Part shown: positions 33,793 through 45,037 of the stretch, piece after piece | Numbering within the stretch: position 1 is the first letter of the stretch | How the letters are laid out: each line of letters begins with the position of its first letter | The notes under the pieces: model-generated | The model's database searches: none | Told to the model about the DNA's origin: nothing | What the model saw: only the letters and a program-made list of their open reading frames with translations | Translations under genes and position numbers: made by a program | Assembly (NCBI GenBank): GCA_963788655.1 | Contig: CAWBHS010000087.1 | Coordinates: 64,001 to 128,000, forward strand | Origin: an uncultured Verrucomicrobiae bacterium | GTDB lineage: Bacteria > Verrucomicrobiota > Verrucomicrobiia > Limisphaerales > JAFGQR01 | Direction of reading: 5' to 3' | DNA length: 64,000 bases

Positions 33793-34797
33793 ATGGACCT
33801 GACAACTACTTATCTAGGGCTCAAGTTACGCAACCCGCTGGTGCTTTCCGCATCGCCGCTGTCCGAAAATATGGACAACCTCAAGCGGGCCGAAGAAGCC
33901 GGCGCCGCCGCGGTGGTGCTGCAATCCTTGTTCGAGGAACAACTCAAGTTTGAGAGCGAGGAATTGGATTATCACCTGTCGCACGGCACGGAAAGCTTCG
34001 CCGAGGCGCTCAGTTATTTTCCGGAACCCACCGAGTATCACCTGGGACCTGAGGCTTATCTCGAACACATCGCCAAGGCGAAAGCCACGGTGCAAATTCC
34101 CGTTATTGCCAGCCTCAACGGAGCGTCCGCGGGCGGTTGGACGGAGTATGCCCGGAAGATCGAACAAGCCGGCGCCGACGCCCTGGAACTGAACATTTAT
34201 TACATCCCCACGGACTTGAATTTGTCCGCCGCCGAAGTCGAGCAAACCTACCTCGACATTCTCAAGGCGGTAAAATCGGCGGTCACCATCCCCGTGGCGG
34301 TGAAGTTGAGTCCGTTCTTCAGCAGCATGGGCAACATGGCCAAGCGCCTGGATGAAGCCGGCGCCAACGGCTTGGTTCTGTTCAACCGGTTTTACCAACC
34401 GGACATCAATCTCGAGACGCTCGAAATCGAGCACTCCATTTTGTTGAGCACCCCGCAAGCCCGCCGGTTGCCGTTGCGTTGGATCGCCATGCTTCATGGA
34501 CGCATCCAGGCGGACATGGCGGCCACCAGTGGAATTCACAATGCCCAGGACGTGCTCAAGGTGCTCATGGCAGGAGCCAGCGCCACGATGCTCTGTTCAG
34601 TTATCTACAAACATGGCGTGGAGTACCCGAAAGTCATCGAACGCGAACTGAGCAAATGGATGGAGGAGCACGAGTATGAATCGGTGCAACAACTCCAGGG
34701 CAGCTTGAGTCAGAAGAATTGTCCGGACCCGAGCGCCTTCGAGCGCGCGCAGTACATGCGAATCCTTACCACTTGGCGACCGGCCCAAGTGGTTTGA
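33793..34797 (+). CDS. Dihydroorotate dehydrogenase-like flavoprotein
   Basis: MDLTTTYLGLKLRNP, SLFEEQ, ADALELNIY, PVAVKLSP, LFNRFYQPD, FERAQY. Confidence 0.92.
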   Translation: MDLTTTYLGLKLRNPLVLSASPLSENMDNLKRAEEAGAAAVVLQSLFEEQLKFESEELDYHLSHGTESFAEALSYFPEPTEYHLGPEAYLEHIAKAKATVQIPVIASLNGASAGGWTEYARKIEQAGADALELNIYYIPTDLNLSAAEVEQTYLDILKAVKSAVTIPVAVKLSPFFSSMGNMAKRLDEAGANGLVLFNRFYQPDINLETLEIEHSILLSTPQARRLPLRWIAMLHGRIQADMAATSGIHNAQDVLKVLMAGASATMLCSVIYKHGVEYPKVIERELSKWMEEHEYESVQQLQGSLSQKNCPDPSAFERAQYMRILTTWRPAQVV

Positions 34798-35142
34798 GCA
34801 GCTTTCAATGCCGGGCAGGTCTGGGAATTCGCGTGATGAGTGCGACGCAGGCTTGCCCGGCTCGATCCTGGACACGGCAAGCTCCGCTTGAAATCCTGGC
34901 AGGCTTTAGCCGCTGCCGAAGATCATTGAAAGCACAAGGAGACGGCATTACTGGAGACGCATCGAAATAAGCGGAACTATTTTGGTACGTCCCCAGTCGA
35001 TTTTGGGTGCGACAATTTCCGTAAAGCCTTTCACAAATTGGGCAAAGCCATCGGCCCCGCGGGATGTTTTATTCCCTTACCTAACTGAGTGAGTTTAACC
35101 AAGTCATTCATCGTGAACCAAACCGTCGAAACAGAGCGGGAA

Positions 35143-36018
35143 ATGAAGAAGTCGGACTCCGGCGCCGCCCCGGAAAACCGCGAGACGGCCTTTGGCTTTC
35201 CGCGCAACTTCCTCGATAACCACTTCGTATATGTTGTGGTTTCGCCGCGCGCCCGTGGATTATCCATCGGCATCAACATGAATCCCGACAAACGCTGCGA
35301 TTTCAGTTGCGTTTATTGTGAAGTCAATCGGGACGCACCGGGCCGCGATCCCCAATTGGACGTGACGCTCATGGAATCCGAACTGGAGCACACGCTCAAA
35401 CGTGCCTACCAGGGCAAATTGCAGGATCTGCCGCTTTACCGGAATCTTCCCGTGGACCTGCTCGAGTTGCGTCACGTGGCGCTCAGCGGCGACGGCGAAC
35501 CGACGCTCTGTCCCCATTTTGCCGAGGCGGTCCATGCCGTGGTGCATGTGCGCGCCCGCGGCCAGTTTCCCTTCTTCAAAATGGTGTTGATCACCAATTG
35601 CACCTGGCTGGATTTGCCGGCGGTGCAGCAGGGACTGAAGTCATTTACGCGGCAGGACGAAGTCTGGTGCAAGCTCGATGCCGGCACGCAGGAGTATATG
35701 AACAAGGTAAACCGGCCCGGGGTGACCTTGGAAAAAATCCTGAGTAACATCCTCCTGCTCGGTCGGCAACGGTCACTGGTCATCCAAAGCCTCTTCCAAT
35801 CGCACGATGGTGAAGAACCACCCGATTACGAAATCCAGCAATACGCCTTGCGGTTGAAAGAACTGAAAGACCAAGGCGCGGATATTTCATTGGTTCAGAT
35901 TTACTCCGCCACTCGCCCGGTGTCGCACGCCCTCTGCGATCATTTGCCGCTCAAGACCCTGTCCCGAATTGCCCAGACCGTTCGCACCGTCGCCGGCCTG
36001 AACGCGGAAGTGTTTTAG
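35143..36018 (+). CDS. Radical SAM protein
   Basis: SPRARGLSIGINMNPDKRCDFSCVYC, SGDGEPT, LITN, KLDAGT. Start could be 35113. Confidence 0.9.
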   Translation: MKKSDSGAAPENRETAFGFPRNFLDNHFVYVVVSPRARGLSIGINMNPDKRCDFSCVYCEVNRDAPGRDPQLDVTLMESELEHTLKRAYQGKLQDLPLYRNLPVDLLELRHVALSGDGEPTLCPHFAEAVHAVVHVRARGQFPFFKMVLITNCTWLDLPAVQQGLKSFTRQDEVWCKLDAGTQEYMNKVNRPGVTLEKILSNILLLGRQRSLVIQSLFQSHDGEEPPDYEIQQYALRLKELKDQGADISLVQIYSATRPVSHALCDHLPLKTLSRIAQTVRTVAGLNAEVF

Positions 36019-36165
36019 GCGTGACCATTCAGTAGGACAGACGTCCCGCCGGTCTCGAACGGCCGCCAGCCAGGGATTTGGGTTACAGCGGCCAAACGTT
36101 CTCAACGTTACCAAACAGTGACGAAAGCCCTCGGCTATTCGAGACCGGCGAGACGCCTGTCCTAC
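36016..36165. mobile_element. Intergenic copy of the family F element
   Basis: gtaggacagacgtcccgccggtctcgaa ... ttcgagaccggcgagacgcctgtcctac, 134 bp, with a spacer similar to 19363-19496. Confidence 0.8.
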
Positions 36166-36208
36166 AACTCGGAACCGCTTCATTGATACTCCGGCCGCTG
36201 GATACAGC

Positions 36209-37387
36209 CTACAGATTGCGGTCGATCATCTCCAGCGTAAGAGCCACGTAGCAGGTGACGAGCACGGGATCTTTTTCCCACCACCGGCCATTTTCGTTGA
36301 CCCACGAGCCGTCCTTCTGCTGGAGATTGAGCAACCGCATGGCCAGGTCTTTGCGCCAGTCGATGGTGCGGCCATCGGCCAGCTTCAAGTCCTTAACCCC
36401 GTAGGCGGTCAAGGCTTTGGTCATGGTGTGAAAATAGTAGAACAATCCTTGCATTCCCATTCCGGGATTTTCTGCGAGCGTATAATTCTGCCGCAGCCAA
36501 TCGAACACTGCCTGCACGCGCGGGTCGTCCGGTTTGAATTGGGCGTAAATGTAGCTCAACAATCCCGCGTAACTGATGCTGCCATAGGACCGCAACGCCA
36601 CGCGCCCGGTGACAGCGTTCGTGACTTCTCCGGCTTTGCTGTTGCCGGGGTAATAGACGAAGCCGCCTTTGTTCGCGGGATCGTCCGAAGCCCATTTCTC
36701 CGGGTTGTAGCCGGGTAGGTTTTGGCAGCGTTGCAGGAAATGGATGGCGGCCGCCCAATTGAGGTCCTTGGCTTCCGCCGGATTTTGATCGGCCACCAGG
36801 CGGCGGCTGTAATAGAGCGCCTCGAGTGCTTGCAGCGTGTTGCTCATGTCGGAGTGTTCGTAGGAACTCCCATAGCCGACCCCGCCATCGAAGGGCGTGT
36901 CAATCTTGCCCTGCTCGCCGAAATCCCGTTGCAGGCCCACCAGGAATTGCCGCGCCCGGCGCAGGATGGAATCATACTTGTCATTTCCCGTGGCCAGCAA
37001 CGCCATCATGCTGAGCGCGGTGTTGTAGGTCACCAGTTGGCCGCGGTGAATGCTGCCATCCGGCTGCACACTGGCCAGCACGTAGGCGAATCCCCGTTGC
37101 AACCACGGCGGTTCCTCCCGCTTGAACTTTTGGTCCGGCGCCCCTTCGAATGCCATCAGCGCCAGACTGGTCACTGCCGGATGGTCCGGCGTGGACCACC
37201 AGCCGTTCGTGTTTTGATTGGCCTGAAGCCAGGCCAGTCCCCGGTCAACCGCATGTTGGAGTTCGTTCTTGAACGAAACATCATGCGTGAACACGGGAGG
37301 GGAGGGTTGGGTTTCGGCGGCGGTGCCAGCCAGTGAAGCAACACCGGCAAGCAGGCAGGCGCCGGCAATTAGTCGAAAGGTGTTCAT
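36209..37387 (-). CDS. Exported prenyltransferase/squalene-oxidase-repeat (terpene cyclase-like) protein
   Basis: Signal peptide; QW-like repeats (WLQANQNTNGWW, VQPDGS, QQKDGSW); GGFVY. Confidence 0.85.
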   Translation of the reverse strand: MNTFRLIAGACLLAGVASLAGTAAETQPSPPVFTHDVSFKNELQHAVDRGLAWLQANQNTNGWWSTPDHPAVTSLALMAFEGAPDQKFKREEPPWLQRGFAYVLASVQPDGSIHRGQLVTYNTALSMMALLATGNDKYDSILRRARQFLVGLQRDFGEQGKIDTPFDGGVGYGSSYEHSDMSNTLQALEALYYSRRLVADQNPAEAKDLNWAAAIHFLQRCQNLPGYNPEKWASDDPANKGGFVYYPGNSKAGEVTNAVTGRVALRSYGSISYAGLLSYIYAQFKPDDPRVQAVFDWLRQNYTLAENPGMGMQGLFYYFHTMTKALTAYGVKDLKLADGRTIDWRKDLAMRLLNLQQKDGSWVNENGRWWEKDPVLVTCYVALTLEMIDRNL

Positions 37388-37461
37388 CGATTGCATTGGG
37401 ACCATTGTTAGCGGTTAACGTTGATTGAAGCAATGGACGGGGGAGCATTGGCAGATGTTCA

Positions 37462-38293
37462 TCACTGGTCTTTGGCGGGTGATCGCGGCGAGGCCGCCGG
37501 CACGGCTGGCAGTGTTGGCGGGACATTGGTGGCCAGCAATCGAATCGTCACCGTGATCGGCGTCTCCAACGCCGGCAGGCCATTGGACCGCACCATCCAT
37601 AGTTCATCGTCATCGTGACCGGGCCGGGGATTGTTGATGATGGCGTTCGGATCGGTGATCAACGAGACGATCGAACCGTCGAGCTGGGCGACGAACGAGC
37701 CTTCGAACATTCGCGAGCCGATTGTACACCCACGGGCCAGGGCTCAAGCGTGACCGGGTCTTGCGGTTCCACACCATGGTTTCACCGGATTGCCGGTGTG
37801 GCTTGTCCGCGCGCGCCCAACTTGTTTCGATTTGCACCGCGTCCCCTGGCAACGGACGGTCTGGCTCCTGCGGAAACGCATTGGTACCGGCGCCCTTGGC
37901 CCCCAGCAGCAGCATCGCCAGGTGGATTTGATAAGGATCGACATCCGTGCGCAACACGCTCTCGTGTGTTTTGCCGAAAGTAGCCACCAGAAAATATTCC
38001 ACGATGCCCTCGTTCATGTTCAAAACGCTGGGAAACGTGATCGAACGCTGCCGTTTGTCCAGACGAACCATCCCAATTTCAAACGTGTCCGGTCCCACCT
38101 GCCGGAGGGGGGCATTGGTCGGCAATGCGGCAAGTGCCGGGGGCGAAGAATCTGCCGGTTCCGGCGCGTCGGCGCCCAAGCCAGGAGGCGTGGCCGCGAA
38201 CACAAAAATATAAATGCCCACGGCCAACGGCCAGGTTGGGTGCTTAAGAATGATGGCCATGCGTCTCAAATCGTCATCGATTGGTTGAGTCAA
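37462..38293 (-). CDS. YdjY-domain protein (frameshift near 37715)
   Basis: VRLDKRQRSITFP..LNM..G.VEYFLV...GKTHESVL; GSIVSLITDPNAIINNP. Confidence 0.75.
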
Positions 38294-38697
38294 ACCATCG
38301 GGGAACCGAAGCCGTTGTCAAGGCTGGAGCATGTCGGCCAGTGCATGTCGGGCGAACCGGCGGCGCTTCGGTTTCCAAAGGTAAGTGAGCCCGCCGCAGG
38401 CATCGTCGAAAGCCGTCTGTACATTGCTATTATCCGCGTTGCGGCCTTGGGGAGCCACAGACAATCCGCTCACGCCAACAGCTTACCGATGTCCACTCGT
38501 TTTCGCGCCGGCGCGGAGCCTCGCCAGTCCAAGATCCAGCCTTGTCCTCACCTTCATTGATGGCCATCTGCACTCGGGACGGCGCGGTTCCCGGCTTCCC
38601 ACCGTTTCGCGGATTTTTATTTGCGGTGCTTTATGCGGGCCAGTAGGCTGCCCCCGTTTTGGCGGTGGCATCGACGCTGCTGCGAGCTTGGCAAATT

Positions 38698-40911
38698 ATG
38701 AGAAATGAGCCCCTCTCTGGTAAGGAAGTGTCGGAGTTGGTCACTGGTTTGCACCGGCTGGCCCACAATTTATGGTGGACCTGGGATCAGGAAGCGCAGG
38801 AGATTTTCCAGGAACTCTCCCCGCGCTGTTGGCAGAACCTCTACCACAACGCCGTGGCCGTGCTGCACGAGGTCTCCGACTACGAGCTGCGCGTGCGGCT
38901 CCAGGACCCGGTTTTCAGTGACCGCGTCCGCGAGGTGCTGAAGGCATTCGAGGAGTATCTGGCGAGCCCGAACACGTGGTGTCAGGCCAATGCCCCGGCC
39001 CTGGGCAAGAATCCCGTGGCCTATTTCTCCGCCGAGTTTGGTTTTCACGAAACCCTGCCGATCGCGGCCGGCGGACTGGGCGTGCTGGCGGGCGATCATG
39101 CCAAATCGGCCAGCGATCTGGGCCTGGGCTTCGCCGGCATCAGCCTGTTTTACCGCGAAGGCTACTTCATGCAGGCGATCGACCATGACAATTGGCAGAC
39201 CGAGTATTACACGCTGCTGAATCCCGCCGAACCTGCCCGATCGAACCGGTGCTGAATGGCAAGGGCGAACCGGTGGTTTGCGACGTGGAAATCGGGCTGA
39301 ACAAAGTCTTTTTCCGGGCCTGGCGGGTCAATGTGGGGCGCGTGCCGGTGTATCTGCTGGACGCGAACCTGCCCGAAAACGAACAGCATTTCCGCGATCT
39401 GACCCTGCGCGTGTATGGCGGCGACAGCACCACGCGCATCATGCAGGAAATTCTGCTGGGCGTCGGCGGCGTGCGCCTGCTGCGCGCGCTGGGGTGAGCC
39501 TCGGTGTTCCACATGAACGAAGGGCATGCCGCGTTTCTCACGCTCGAATTGATCCGCGAAAAGATGGCCGGCGGCGAAGCCTTTCCAAGACGCCATCGAG
39601 CAAACCACGGCAACGAATGCATCTTCACCACGCACACGCCGGTGGAGGCGGGCCACGACCGTTTCGGGGCCAACTTGATGCATTACGCGCTGCAACCGGT
39701 TCATCGAAACCGTCGAAGCTCGGTTTGCAGGAAATCATGCCGACTGGGACGCGTGACCCGGAGAACGCGGACGAACCGTTCTGCATGACCGTGCTGGCGC
39801 TGAAACTGTCGCGGGCCGCCAACGGCGTCAGCGAATTGCACGGCCGGTCAGCCGGCACATGTGGCACGTCGCCTGTACCCGGACCGGCCCGTCGAGCAAG
39901 TCCCCATTGGCCACATCACCAATGGCATTCACCTGCTGGCTGGATGAAGGGCACGGTGCGGCGGTTCTGGCGGCGCAAGTTGAGCCCTCGAGGAACGGAA
40001 CCTGTAGCCCCCGCGCAAGCCAGCGAAGAATCGACCTTTTGGCAGCACAAACCGATCGAGCATTGGGAAACCGAAGTCAATGCGCCGGAATTCTGGAAGC
40101 GCATGGCCGATCCGAATTTCATCACCGACGAGGAAATCTGGGCGTTGCGCTATCAAGCTGCGGCGCGAACTGATCGAGTTTGCCCGCCGCCGGCTGCTGT
40201 TTCAGGGCCAGCGCATGCAGCCAGCGGCGACTTCATCGCGTTTGACCAACTGCTGAATCCCGACGCGTTGACCATCGGTTTTGGCCGGCGGTTTGCCACT
40301 TACAAACGCGCTCCGCTGATCTTCCAGCAGTTCGACAACATCGTGAGACTGGCCCGCGACAAGGAGCGTCCGATCCAGTTCATCTTTGCCGGCAAGGCGC
40401 ATCCGCGCGATGACGACGGCAAACGGTTCATCCAGCACATCATTCACCTCAGCAAATACAGCGAACTGCAAGGGCACCTCGTGTTCCTCGAGAACTACGA
40501 TGTCCACGTGGCGCGCCAGATGGTTTCCGGCTGCGACGTGTGGCTGAACAACCCGCGCCGTCCGCTGGAAGCCTCGGGCACCAGCGGCATGAAATCCGGC
40601 TGCCACGGCTGTCTGAACATGAGCATTCTCGACGGCTGGTGGCGCGAAGGCTACGACGGCGAAAACGGTTTTGCCATCGGTGACGACGCGCACCCGGACA
40701 ACGTCGAGGAACAGGACCGGCGCGACAGTGCCAATCTGTACCGGGTGCTCACTGAAGAAGTCATCCCGCTGCTTCTATGACCGCGACGAACAGGGCATTC
40801 CGCGGAAGTGGATTCAGAAAATCCGGCACGCCATGGTGACGCTGGTGCCGCAAGTTCACCACGTGGCGCATGGTGCAGGAATACACCCAGAAGTATTATC
40901 TGCCGAAGTAG
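38698..40911 (+). CDS. glgP: Alpha-glucan phosphorylase (many frameshifts)
   Basis: LAHNLWWTW, AYFSAEFG, GGLGVLAGDH.KSASDLG, HMNEGHAAF, FTTHTPV.AGHD, RRFATYKR, GKAHPRD, DVWLNNPRRPLEASGTSGMK. Confidence 0.95.
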
Positions 40912-40917
40912 GCGGCA

Positions 40918-41180
40918 GCGTGCTGCCGGCATCTTGCCGGCAGATCGAACGGAAGAAGACGCCCAGAATTGCCAAGAAACGCTGAGCGCATCAGACGCCT
41001 CAGCGGGGTGGCATCGGTTCGGATGTTGCTGGTGCTTTCGTTTATGCCAGTGGGACGCCAGCAACGTGTTGCCAGCATCCTGCCGGCAGTTGGGAGCGGC
41101 CCGTTCCGAATTATAGTCCGCCAGTCGCTTGCACGCCGCCCGGGCACTCGTTCCTTCCGGCGAGACGCCAGCAGCACGTT
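40918..41180. repeat. Family C palindromic repeat cluster between convergent glgP and apaG
   Basis: gtgctgccggcatcttgccggcag; gtgttgccagcatcctgccggcag; ccggcgagacgccagcagcacg. Confidence 0.8.
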
Positions 41181-41192
41181 GCCAGGGCGGCC

Positions 41193-41594
41193 TTAAACGA
41201 AGAATCCGTCCGGCACCACCATCTTGAACTTCGGGATACGGGCGATCACCGTTTGGCCTTGGTCGTCGATTCCCAAATAACTGCCTTCCGCCTCGGCCCA
41301 ACGAGAGTTCAACAAATGAAAACTGTTGTAACTGAATTTCTCGCCGGGCGGAATCACCGGGAACTGGCCCACCACCCCGTCGCCTTCAACGGCAGTGGTT
41401 TCCCCTTGATCGCTGTTTACCACCCATTTCCGTCCTTTGATGGTCACGGCGGATGGGGTGCCATTGTGAATGCTGACAAAATACACAAAGCAATACGGCC
41501 GCTCCGCCGGCGTCTGTGCCTCGGGGTGATACTCAACCCGGTCCACGGTTACCCGCAGCCCTTCCGGTTCAAAGACCGCTTTCTCGTTGTTCAT
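41193..41594 (-). CDS. apaG: ApaG domain protein
   Basis: YCFVYFVSIHN, RKWVV, VEGDGVVGQFPVIPPGEKFSYNS, EGSY, IPKF. Confidence 0.9.
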   Translation of the reverse strand: MNNEKAVFEPEGLRVTVDRVEYHPEAQTPAERPYCFVYFVSIHNGTPSAVTIKGRKWVVNSDQGETTAVEGDGVVGQFPVIPPGEKFSYNSFHLLNSRWAEAEGSYLGIDDQGQTVIARIPKFKMVVPDGFFV

Positions 41595-41847
41595 GCGAAT
41601 GCCTTCGGGATTGCGACAAAAAACTTGCTCCGAAACACGCCCCCGCGACCGCCAGTCCAGCCACGAGAAAATCGGTACCGGGCCGAAAGCGGTATTCCCA
41701 CACCTGGCGTACCCGGCCCGTCGCCGCATCTTCCACAGCCAGCGCTTCGCGCATCCGGCTGGTGCCCCAATTGGGACCTCCAAAAAACCAGAGCGCCAAC
41801 GTCCCCACGGCGATGGCCAGGGCCAGCAGTCGCAATTTCGTCACCAT
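41569..41847 (-). CDS. Small two-TM hypothetical protein
   Basis: MVTKLRLLALAIAVGTLALWFFGG...FRPGTDFLVAGL. Confidence 0.6.
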   Translation of the reverse strand: MVTKLRLLALAIAVGTLALWFFGGPNWGTSRMREALAVEDAATGRVRQVWEYRFRPGTDFLVAGLAVAGACFGASFLSQSRRHSHEQRESGL

Positions 41848-42347
41848 GCAAACAAAATAGCAAGTTGGTCCCAAAAGACACGCGGAAATCACAGCCGGAG
41901 AAAGTCATGGGAAAAATTTCGTGCAGCTTGGTTGGCCACCGTTCGTGGAATCTTGAAGGCCGCTGAACGTCATTCGGAGCAAGCTCAATTCCCCCGGCAT
42001 ACCGGAACTCAACGGGTCTGCCTGGCCAACCTGACCGGATCGTCTGGACAAACCACATCTCACGATCCGCGGACCTTTAACCAAATGCTGATCACGCTGT
42101 CTTTAGCGTCCACGGCTACCGAGATTGGATCGAAGGCTCATCGGGGAACAAGCATTGACTTTCGACAAGAACCGCAAATGATCACTGTCGATGAAGCGAG
42201 TGGGAAAACATCTCAAGGTGAAGTCGCAATGGGTCAGAAGTTCATCTCCCCTCAGTTCGCTGGTCAACCACATGAATCTGTCTGGCAGCCATCTTTCGCC
42301 CCTTTTCCCCTGGCGCAAGTACACAACCAGGACGGCGGAACCTTGGT

Positions 42348-42477
42348 GCCTGTTTGAATAGTAGCAGCCGACGTAAGGAGGCTCTGACTTCTAAGTTCCG
42401 GCGCCAGCGAAAATCCACGCAGTGTGAGCCTCTTTACGTCGGCTGCTACAACCGGAATGGATGTTTTCAAACAGGCT
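42348..42477 (+). mobile_element. About 130-bp MITE (family A doublet inside GCCTGTTTGAA TIRs)
   Basis: gcctgtttgaata gtagcagccgacgtaaggaggctc ... gagcctctttacgtcggctgctac ... ttttcaaacaggc. Confidence 0.85.
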
Positions 42478-43863
42478 TTTCGAACCCTGACAGTTCTGAC
42501 ACTGATCGTTGTTTGTCTGAGCCTCAGCGTTGTTGCCTCAAGCGCCGCGTCCAGTCTTGAGGTCAGCTCGAATGGACGGTTTCTGATCCGCCAAGGAGGC
42601 GCGCCCTTATTTCTGGCAAGGCGACACGGGCTGGGGATTGTTCAACCTGGTGGGCTTGAGCGCGGCGCAGGATTATCTCGAAGACCGAAAGTCGAAAGGA
42701 TTCAATGTCATCCAGGTGTTCCTGACTTCCAAATGGATGCCGACGAACATCCTTGGCCAAGCCCCGTTTGTGAACAATAACCTGAGCCAGCTTGACTCCG
42801 GGTTCTTTGACCACGTGGAAGCGGTCCTGCGAAAGAGCGAATCGCTCGGATTGTTTATTTGCCTGGGAGTCGGTGAACCGTTCCGGCCCGATGCGCTGTA
42901 CCGCGTCACCACTCCGGCGCAGGCCTACGATTACGGCTGGACGCTCGGCCACCGCCTGGGGAGCTATACAAATCTGATTTGGAATCTCGGGCAGGATTGG
43001 TACGCGGTCCGCGATGGGGTCGATAGCCGTCCGCTGATTCGTGCGACCGCCGAGGGCATCGCCGATGCGGTGAATGGCGAGCGGGGCTTTGATGGTCGTG
43101 CGGATTACTCGACCACACTTATGAGCTTATCACGCTTCCACCTCGTCGTCGCAATGGTTTCAAAAGGATGATTGGCTCGACTTCAACATGGTCCAGACCT
43201 GGAAGTTCGTTCACCGAATCGTGAACGCGATCACTCACGATTACGGTTTAAAGCCCGTGAAACCAACGCTCTTCGCCGAAGGCGCTTATGAAGATGGCGA
43301 ACTACGGTAACGGCGCGCACTGGGTCAGGCCGCAACTGGAGCGGATTCAAGCCTACTTGGGTGTCTTCGCGGGCAGCTTTGGTTACACTTACGGCGCCAA
43401 TGGGCTTTGGTCATTTTACGAACCGGGACGCAAACCAGTCGAGAAGTGGTCTTCACCGCCGTGGCGAGCAGCCTTGAAATTCGAGGCGGGCGGCCAGATG
43501 CAATATGTGCGCCGCCTGATCGAGTCGAGGCCCATGCTGGTTCGCATCCCTGATCCGATACTGATTGCCAGCGATGGGAACGGCCAGAACGAGTTTCCAG
43601 CCCAAGCCACTCGCGGGGAAGATGGCAGTTACGCGTTTGTGTATCTGCCGAGTTCGCGCCCAGTGACGATCCGAACGCAACGGCTTGCCGGCACTACGCT
43701 CAAGGCCTATTGGTTCAGCCCGCGCGACGGGAAGTCCCAGTTGATTGGCACCTTTTCTAAATCGAACCAGCGAAAGTTTGTGCCCCTGTCGAACGGCGGC
43801 ACCAGTAACGACGATTTGGTGCTGGTGCTGGACGATGCGGCCCGCCGCTTCCCACCACCTTGA
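42457..43863 (+). CDS. DUF4038 / apiosidase-like (GH140-like) protein with a C-terminal collagen-binding-like domain (frameshifted)
   Basis: LEVSSNGRFL, YLEDRKSKGFNVIQ, NLIWNLGQD, GYTYGANGLW, AYWFSPRDG, DLVLVL. Confidence 0.8.
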
Positions 43864-43871
43864 ACCAGCCT

Positions 43872-44925
43872 ATGAACTTCATCAAATTGCTTTCCATTCC
43901 GACCGTCCTACTCACGAGTTTCGCTGCTCCCGGGGCGGAGTCCAACGCTCCCTATCCGCGCAGCGAAGTATTTTCCGGCCTCACGTTTCATCGCGAGACA
44001 CAGCAGCGACTGGCGGAAGGCAGCGATATCTGGAACTGCACTTGGGCCGCCGACGGGAACCTCTACGCCACGTGGGGCGACGGCGGAGGATTTGGCGGCA
44101 CCGACAGCAAGGGGCGGGCTTCGCTGGGCGTCGCGTCGATCCGCGGGATTCCACCGGAGTGGCAAGGCATCAACGTTTGGGGCGGCGTCGATCCGCTTTC
44201 GCCTCAACCTCCGACCATCGGCAAAGCCTCGATCATTGCCGTAGGGGACGCGATCTACTTGTTTGCCAGCGAGCAGGGCGTTTGGAACCGTGCTCGTTTG
44301 TGGAAGTCGGCCGCTCACGGGCGGACGTGGCTGGACCGCGGCTGGATCTTCCCCAAGTCGCACAAGGTGTTTGCCTTTCCCGGTTTGGTTCAATTCGGTC
44401 AAGGCAACCGACTGAGTCCCGAGGGCTATGTGTATGGCTTTTCGGACAACGATCCCCAGCGGGTACATGACAACAATCTCTATCTCGTTCCGGGTCAAGG
44501 CCCAACAGATCGAGAACCTCGCCGATTACGAGTTCTTCTCGGGCACCGAGCAATCACCGCAATGGTCGCGGAAACTCGACGATCTGAAACCCGTCTTCAC
44601 CAACCCGGCTGGGATTAGTTGGGGCACCACCTGTGTCTATCATCCGGCGACTGGGCGTTTCCTGTTGAGCGTGGGCGTTCACACGGAAAAGGGCGATTGG
44701 GGACTTTATGAAAGCCAACATCTTTGGGGACCGTGGCGGACGGTGGGATATGGCGCTGACTTCCCCGAGTGGACCTACACGCCGGCGGAGAAAGACCGCC
44801 CGGCCTACGTGCATTCGTTTCCGGCCAAGTGGATCAGTGCCGATGGCAAAACACTGTGGTGCGTCTTCGACCGCGGCGACCATTTCAACCTGGCCCGCTG
44901 CACTTTGAGCATCAAGGCGCGTTAA
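43872..44925 (+). CDS. Exported hypothetical protein (DUF4185-like; frameshift near 44490)
   Basis: SDIWNCTWAADGNLYATWGDGGG, LVQFGQ, YVYGFS, PAKWISADGKT. Confidence 0.7.
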
Positions 44926-45037
44926 CGGGCGGTTGTAATTGGGACGACGAGGGTGTGGCTTCAAATATGGGATGTTGAGATGTGCCCCAGGAGAAAGGGC
45001 TTGCGACCCACACCGTAGCGCCGGAAGGTCGTCGGTG

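Noticed and set aside
41856..41877. Sigma54-like motif on the minus strand (TGGGACCAACTTGCT)
   Set aside because: GG-GC spacing is 9 nt rather than the required 10.
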